From the NCBI GenBank assembly GCA_046291735.1, contig JBKBSK010000007.1, positions 85,288 through 149,287 on the forward strand: a DNA stretch of 64,000 bases. Reading direction: 5' to 3'. This document shows, piece after piece, positions 59,230 to 64,000 of this stretch (positions are counted from its first letter, which is position 1; every line of letters begins with the position of its first letter). The stretch comes from Candidatus Thermochlorobacter sp. (GTDB taxonomy: Bacteria; Bacteroidota; Chlorobiia; Chlorobiales; Thermochlorobacteraceae). Both the position numbers and the translations under genes were made by a program. The notes beneath the pieces are model-generated. The model did not search any database and was not told the DNA's origin. It saw nothing but the letters and a program-made list of their open reading frames with translations.

Positions 59230-59943
59230 ATGCAAAATTCTGAACCATCGAATGTCGAAACGCTCAAAGGCGAAGCGCAAAAAGCTGCCGCAAGTCAAGC
59301 ACAAATTGACTACTACAACGAACTTGCGCGCAAAGCTATTCATGTCTGTTCTATTGCTATTCCGCTGATTTATTATCACATTCCACGAAAACTTGCGCTG
59401 GTCTTACTTACGATTCTTTTCTTAGGCTTTTTTTTAGTCGATTTGGTCAAGATGTTTTCAAAGCCAATTGCAGTGTGGTATTTCAAAACTTTTGGTTCGC
59501 TGCTTCGACCTCATGAAAAAGATGAAACAAAGAAACGCTTCAATGGGGCAACATTTGTAACCATGTCAGCACTGCTAAGTGTTGCACTGTTCCCAAAAAT
59601 GATTGCAATTGCCTCGTTTGCGATTTTGATTGTGGCAGATACTGCGGCGGCATTAGTTGGCAGAAAATTTGGAAGGATTCCGCTCTTTTCAAAGACACTG
59701 GAAGGTAGCATAGCGTTTTTGATTGCAGCAATTCTGGTTGTGCTACTGACACCGAATCTAAATCCTGCCGTGGGGATTGGGCTAGCAGTCGTAGCAACAA
59801 TTGCTGAAGTTGTGCCGCTGAGAATGATGGGCTATACAATTGATGACAACCTTACCATTCCTTTAGCATCTGCAACATTTGCTTATGTGTGTTACCTAAT
59901 CTTTCTGCCAGATGAAATTACACTGTTGAGAGTTGGAGAATAA
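59230..59943 (+). CDS. CTP-dependent polyprenol/phytol/diacylglycerol kinase-like membrane protein (CdsA/dolichol-kinase superfamily)
   Basis: RKAIHVCSIAIPLIYY, ILIVADTAAALVGRKFGR and KTLEGSIAFLIAA motifs. ORF-track TTG 59191 not preferred. Confidence 0.72.
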   Translation: MQNSEPSNVETLKGEAQKAAASQAQIDYYNELARKAIHVCSIAIPLIYYHIPRKLALVLLTILFLGFFLVDLVKMFSKPIAVWYFKTFGSLLRPHEKDETKKRFNGATFVTMSALLSVALFPKMIAIASFAILIVADTAAALVGRKFGRIPLFSKTLEGSIAFLIAAILVVLLTPNLNPAVGIGLAVVATIAEVVPLRMMGYTIDDNLTIPLASATFAYVCYLIFLPDEITLLRVGE

Positions 59944-59946
59944 AGC

Positions 59947-60360
59947 CTACACAGGTAAAGAAAGGTCGGGCTTGGGCAAATCGCCGTTATGAATTTTATC
60001 AACATACCACCACCAATGCGAGAGCGGATAGCGCTTGCGCCGATACGAATCTTCTAACAAGCCAATGCCAAACTCGTATTCTTCAAGATACTTGTAGGCT
60101 TTTTCCAAAACGATAGCATCATTGCGGCGCACCTCAGCGGTAAGTTCAGGCGTAAGTTCATTCTTGCGAATTTCAATGTCGCTGCGATAAAAAAGAAACT
60201 CATCGTAGCCTTCAATCCAGATTTCTTCAGGGTCGGCTAAATCTTTGCAATAGCGCGCATAGATTTTTACAAGTTCCGTGATGGTAAACCCACGAGAACA
60301 GTAAAGCGGCGGTGTCGGTTCGTTCATCATCTCATTTTGCTCAGGTGCTTGACTAGTCAT
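59947..60360 (-). CDS. hypothetical protein (137 aa)
   Basis: The ORF overlaps the hbd stop by 8 nt and is probably co-transcribed. Trp/Tyr-rich C-terminus ([16 protein letters not shown]). No motif recognised. Confidence 0.55.
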   Translation of the reverse strand: MTSQAPEQNEMMNEPTPPLYCSRGFTITELVKIYARYCKDLADPEEIWIEGYDEFLFYRSDIEIRKNELTPELTAEVRRNDAIVLEKAYKYLEEYEFGIGLLEDSYRRKRYPLSHWWWYVDKIHNGDLPKPDLSLPV

Positions 60361-61207
60361 ATTTGTAAAACCCTCTGCCTGACTTGCGTCCTAAATACCC
60401 AGCTGCGACCATATTTTTCAAAAGAGGTGAGGGACGATACTTGGAGTCGTTGAAGCCTTCGTAGAGCACTTCCATAATGGCAAGGCATACATCTAATCCA
60501 ATGAAATCGGCTAAGGTTAGCGGTCCCATCGGGTGTGCCATGCCTAACTTCATAATTTCATCAATGGCTTCGGGTGTTGCCACGTTTTCATAGACACACT
60601 GAATGGCTTCGTTAATCATGGGCATGAGCACGCGGTTTGAAATAAATCCGGGATAGTCGTTGCAAGAAATGGGCACTTTGCCAATGGCTTTAGCCGTAGC
60701 TTCAATCACCGCATAAGTTTCATCGGAAGTTTGCAGTGCGCGAATAACTTCGATGAGCTTCATAACGGGCACGGGATTCATAAAGTGCATGCCAATCACT
60801 TGTGCCGGACGCCGAGTTGCAGCAGCAAGTTTTGTGAGCGAAATTGAGCTGGTGTTGGAAGCAAGAATGGCTGTGGGTTTAGTGTGTTCATCGAGCGCAC
60901 GAAAAACAGACTGCTTGAGTTCAAAATTTTCATTGACGGCTTCAATGACAAGGTCTGCATCTTTAACGGCAGTGCCCAAATCGGTGCTCGTAGAAATGCG
61001 CTGCAAGGTTTGTGCTTTTTGCTCTTCAGTGAGTGTCCCTTTTTTGATTTGTCGATCCAGATTCGTTGAAATCGTTTGAAGCGCACGGTCTAAAAACTCT
61101 TGCTTGATATCGACAAGCATTGTGGGGTAGCCAAATTGTGCGAAGACATGAGCGATGCCATTGCCCATTGTGCCGCCGCCAACGACGGCAATGCGATGAA
61201 TGTCCAT
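60353..61207 (-). CDS. hbd: 3-hydroxybutyryl-CoA dehydrogenase
   Basis: [14 protein letters not shown] Rossmann, [24 protein letters not shown], and the C-terminal [12 protein letters not shown]. Confidence 0.93.
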   Translation of the reverse strand: MDIHRIAVVGGGTMGNGIAHVFAQFGYPTMLVDIKQEFLDRALQTISTNLDRQIKKGTLTEEQKAQTLQRISTSTDLGTAVKDADLVIEAVNENFELKQSVFRALDEHTKPTAILASNTSSISLTKLAAATRRPAQVIGMHFMNPVPVMKLIEVIRALQTSDETYAVIEATAKAIGKVPISCNDYPGFISNRVLMPMINEAIQCVYENVATPEAIDEIMKLGMAHPMGPLTLADFIGLDVCLAIMEVLYEGFNDSKYRPSPLLKNMVAAGYLGRKSGRGFYKYD

Positions 61208-61443
61208 GCTTAAGTGAAAATTTGCTTGGTGAAAAATTACATTGAACTGCCTGTGAAAACAATGTGCTGCAATTCTACAAAAAAACTCGGAAAGCTGTAG
61301 CTAAATCAAAAGCGTAAGCGCACTGCTCCCTAGTGCAAGTTGACCTGCATCCCTCAATTTGGTTTGAAAGAAAGCGCTAAAGCCCTTAATTTCTTGCAAC
61401 CCACAATAATTCCAATAACTCTTAAACAACAAGGAGAAGCAAT

Positions 61444-62040
61444 ATGCCAAAGAAAATCTTGATGCTTGTCGGCGACTATGTCGAGGACTATGAAGTGATG
61501 GTGCCCTTTCAAACTTTACTAACAGTAGGGCATCAAGTTCATGCAGTTTGCCCTGATAAGAAAGCCGGCGATGTGGTGCGCACCTCAATTCATGACTTTG
61601 AAGGTGACCAAACTTACACTGAAAAGCGTGGTCATAACTTCAAGCTCAATGCCACATTTGCGGATGTAAAGCCAGAAGACTACGATGCCCTTTTCATCTG
61701 CGGCGGGCGTGCACCCGAGTACATTCGGCTCAATTCGAAGGTGATTGAGATTGCTCAGCATTTTGCTAAACATAACAAACCGATTGGCTCTGTTTGTCAC
61801 GGCGTACAAGTCTTGACTGCTGCTAATGTGATTGCAGGCAAGAAAATTTCTGCTTATCCAGCATGCGCTCCTGAAGTCAACATGGCAGGCGGACACTACG
61901 AGCAAATTGCAATGGATGAAGCCATTGTCGATGGCAATATCGTCTCTTCACCCGCTTGGCCCTCTCATCCAGCACTGCTTTCGAAGTTCCTTGAACTTTT
62001 GGGCACAAAGATCATGCATGAAGAAGGCGCAGTGGCATAA
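61444..62040 (+). CDS. DJ-1/PfpI-family protein (intracellular protease/deglycase type)
   Basis: KILMLVGDYVEDYEVMVPF, GGRAPEY and the nucleophile elbow GSVCHGVQVL. GGAG SD upstream. Confidence 0.9.
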   Translation: MPKKILMLVGDYVEDYEVMVPFQTLLTVGHQVHAVCPDKKAGDVVRTSIHDFEGDQTYTEKRGHNFKLNATFADVKPEDYDALFICGGRAPEYIRLNSKVIEIAQHFAKHNKPIGSVCHGVQVLTAANVIAGKKISAYPACAPEVNMAGGHYEQIAMDEAIVDGNIVSSPAWPSHPALLSKFLELLGTKIMHEEGAVA

Positions 62041-62062
62041 TGGTCTTAAGGATACATAAAAG

Positions 62063-62104
62063 AGTGCGAGGGTTTGCCTAAAAGCAAGAACTCGCACTTT
62101 TTTA
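62063..62104 (+). terminator. rho-independent terminator after the DJ-1 gene
   Basis: Stem agtgcgag / ctcgcact, followed by ttttttatt. Confidence 0.7.
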
Positions 62105-62205
62105 TTCATAATTAGAAGTGAAAGTCTGTCGAACTTTTTTGAAGCGCGACATTTCGTTATCTTGCTCATCTTCGCAAAAAACGACGTAATACCAAACTAT
62201 AATCA

Positions 62206-64000
62206 ATGAAAAAACTGCTTGCTTCACTCTGGCTCTCCCTACTTTTAAGTTTTTTACAAGTCATACAAGTTGCAGCACAAACTGCTGCGGACGATTCACT
62301 CTATGTACGGCAAAACTTCACCAAGCGTGAAGTCTATATCCCAATGCGTGATGGTGTCAGGCTCTTCACGTCAATTTATGTTCCAAAAGATTCCTCAAAG
62401 AAATATCCGATTATCATGCTGCGCACGCCTTATAGTGTTGCGCCCTACGGAGAAGATGCCTACCGCACCTCACTTGCTCCAATTGAGCTCATGCGTGAAG
62501 GATACATTTTTGTCTATCAAGACGTGCGTGGGCGATATATGTCCGAAGGTGAGTTTGTAAATGTGCGTCCAAATATCCCGGGCAATGCAACAAAAGAGAT
62601 TGATGAGTCCAGCGATACTTACGACACGATAGAGTGGCTTGTCAAGAATTTGCAGACCTGCAATGGCAGGGTAGGCATTTGGGGAATTTCTTATCCCGGT
62701 TTTTATGCTGCCGCAGCAATTCCAGATGCACATCCAGCACTTAAAGCCGTCTCGCCACAAGCACCGGTAACCGACTGGTGGATTGGTGATGACTTTCACC
62801 ATAACGGAGCATTTTTCTTTGCTGATGCTTTTACATTTCTCTACTCTTTTGGTAAGGCACGACCGCAGCCTACCACAATGGGCAATCCACCCTACCGTTT
62901 TCCAACGCCCGATGCTTACAAATTTTTCCACGAGCTTGGCGCATTGAAAAATGTCAATCAAAGGATCTTTCGTGATAGCATTGCATTCTGGAATGACATT
63001 ATGAATCATCCCAACTACGATGATTTCTGGAAATCACGTACGCTGCTGCCACACTTCAAGAATGTAACGCCAGCCGTGATGACCGTTGGCGGTTGGTATG
63101 ATGCTGAAGATCTCTACGGACCGCTCAAAGTCTACGATGCCATTGAACGCCAAAACCCGAACGCAAAAAATATACTGGTGATGGGACCATGGTTTCATGG
63201 TGCATGGGCGAGAACCGATGGCGAACAGCTGGGCTATATCAAGTTTGGCTCAAAGACGGGACCATATTATCGTGAGAATATCGAGAAAGTTTTTTTCAAT
63301 GCGTATCTCAAAGATAGCACAGAGGCAAAACTGCCAGAAGCTATTCTGTTTGATGTGGGCAAAAATGAGTGGCGAACCTTTAACGAGTGGCATCCAAAAA
63401 ATGTGATTGAGAAAAACCTGTATTTCCATGCAGATGGCAGACTTTCATTTGAGCCGCCGAAAGAGACAAAAGGTTTTGATGAATACATTAGCGACCCAAA
63501 TAAGCCTGTGCCCTACACGAGTGAAATTCGCCTTGACCGCAGCGTAGAGTATATGATTGAAGACCAGCGCTTTGCGGCGCGTCGACCCGATGTGCTCGTC
63601 TATCAAACCGATGAACTCAGCGAAGACATTACGCTAGCAGGAAACATTTTTGCCAATCTTTTTGTCTCAACTACAGGCAGTGATGCCGATTTTATCGTCA
63701 AGTTAATTGATGTCTATCCTGACAGCGCACGAGATGACTACAGCGATAAGCCATTAGGACGGCGCGTTTTTCCTGCACCAGTGCGGTTAGGCGGTTTTCA
63801 AAAATTAGTGCGCTGGGAAGTGATGCGTGGGCGCTACCGAAAAAGTTATGAAAAGCCCGAAGCCATGAAGCCCAACCAAATCGAGCAAATTAAACTTGAA
63901 TTGATGGATGTGCTTTACACTTTCAAGAAAGGACATCGCATTATGGTGCAGGTGCAAAGTTCGATATTTCCGCTCATCGACCGCAATCCGCAAAAGTTCG
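62206..64000 (+). CDS. CocE/NonD-family (peptidase S15, X-Pro dipeptidyl-peptidase-like) serine hydrolase, 3' end beyond window
   Basis: Not in the ORF track because it is open at the window end; I translated it by hand from ATG 62206. Signal peptide MKKLLASLWLSLLLSFLQVIQVAAQ, then MRDGVRLFTSIYVP, nucleophile GIWGISYPGF, and C-terminal beta-sandwich motifs (GHRIMVQVQSSIFP). Confidence 0.88.
   Translation, partial: MKKLLASLWLSLLLSFLQVIQVAAQTAADDSLYVRQNFTKREVYIPMRDGVRLFTSIYVPKDSSKKYPIIMLRTPYSVAPYGEDAYRTSLAPIELMREGYIFVYQDVRGRYMSEGEFVNVRPNIPGNATKEIDESSDTYDTIEWLVKNLQTCNGRVGIWGISYPGFYAAAAIPDAHPALKAVSPQAPVTDWWIGDDFHHNGAFFFADAFTFLYSFGKARPQPTTMGNPPYRFPTPDAYKFFHELGALKNVNQRIFRDSIAFWNDIMNHPNYDDFWKSRTLLPHFKNVTPAVMTVGGWYDAEDLYGPLKVYDAIERQNPNAKNILVMGPWFHGAWARTDGEQLGYIKFGSKTGPYYRENIEKVFFNAYLKDSTEAKLPEAILFDVGKNEWRTFNEWHPKNVIEKNLYFHADGRLSFEPPKETKGFDEYISDPNKPVPYTSEIRLDRSVEYMIEDQRFAARRPDVLVYQTDELSEDITLAGNIFANLFVSTTGSDADFIVKLIDVYPDSARDDYSDKPLGRRVFPAPVRLGGFQKLVRWEVMRGRYRKSYEKPEAMKPNQIEQIKLELMDVLYTFKKGHRIMVQVQSSIFPLIDRNPQKF

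Overview
This is a gene-dense chromosomal window with about 60 protein genes and 2 tRNAs (Phe-GAA, Asp-GUC). I saw no rRNA, CRISPR array, transposase, integrase or phage genes. The lineage is probably an FCB-superphylum bacterium (Chlorobi/Ignavibacteria/Bacteroidota-like). That inference rests on a T9SS-type C-terminal sorting domain, a TTTG-N20-TAnnTTTG promoter at tRNA-Asp, and GGAG-type Shine-Dalgarno sites on many genes. Most content is housekeeping or envelope-related. It includes central metabolism (ansA, ggt, dapA, hemB, tpiA, glyA, pgi, fbaB, pgm, hbd and a fused 2-oxoacid dehydrogenase E1), greA and ybaB. It also includes czcD, a TetR-regulated RND pump, a COG0523 GTPase, an HtrA protease and mlaE. 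The one region that is not ordinary lies at about 25.1-39.3 kb. There, an ExbB plus two ExbD proton-channel motor is embedded among a 904-aa coiled-coil/TPR protein and a TonB-like protein. The C-terminus of the TonB-like protein looks like the two-cysteine AgmX/PglI domain of myxobacterial Glt proteins. Downstream lie a 2078-aa secreted TPR/OmpA-like/BON/jelly-roll giant, a small secreted protein and a further TPR protein. I read this as a candidate Agl-Glt/Tol-Pal-class trans-envelope machine of unknown function rather than a classical TonB uptake system. Smaller observations include a degenerate amidohydrolase paralog, several regulatory palindromes, intra-operon hairpins, an orphan iscX and an atypical TPP motif in the fused E1. 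All family assignments come from motif recognition by eye; no database search was possible.
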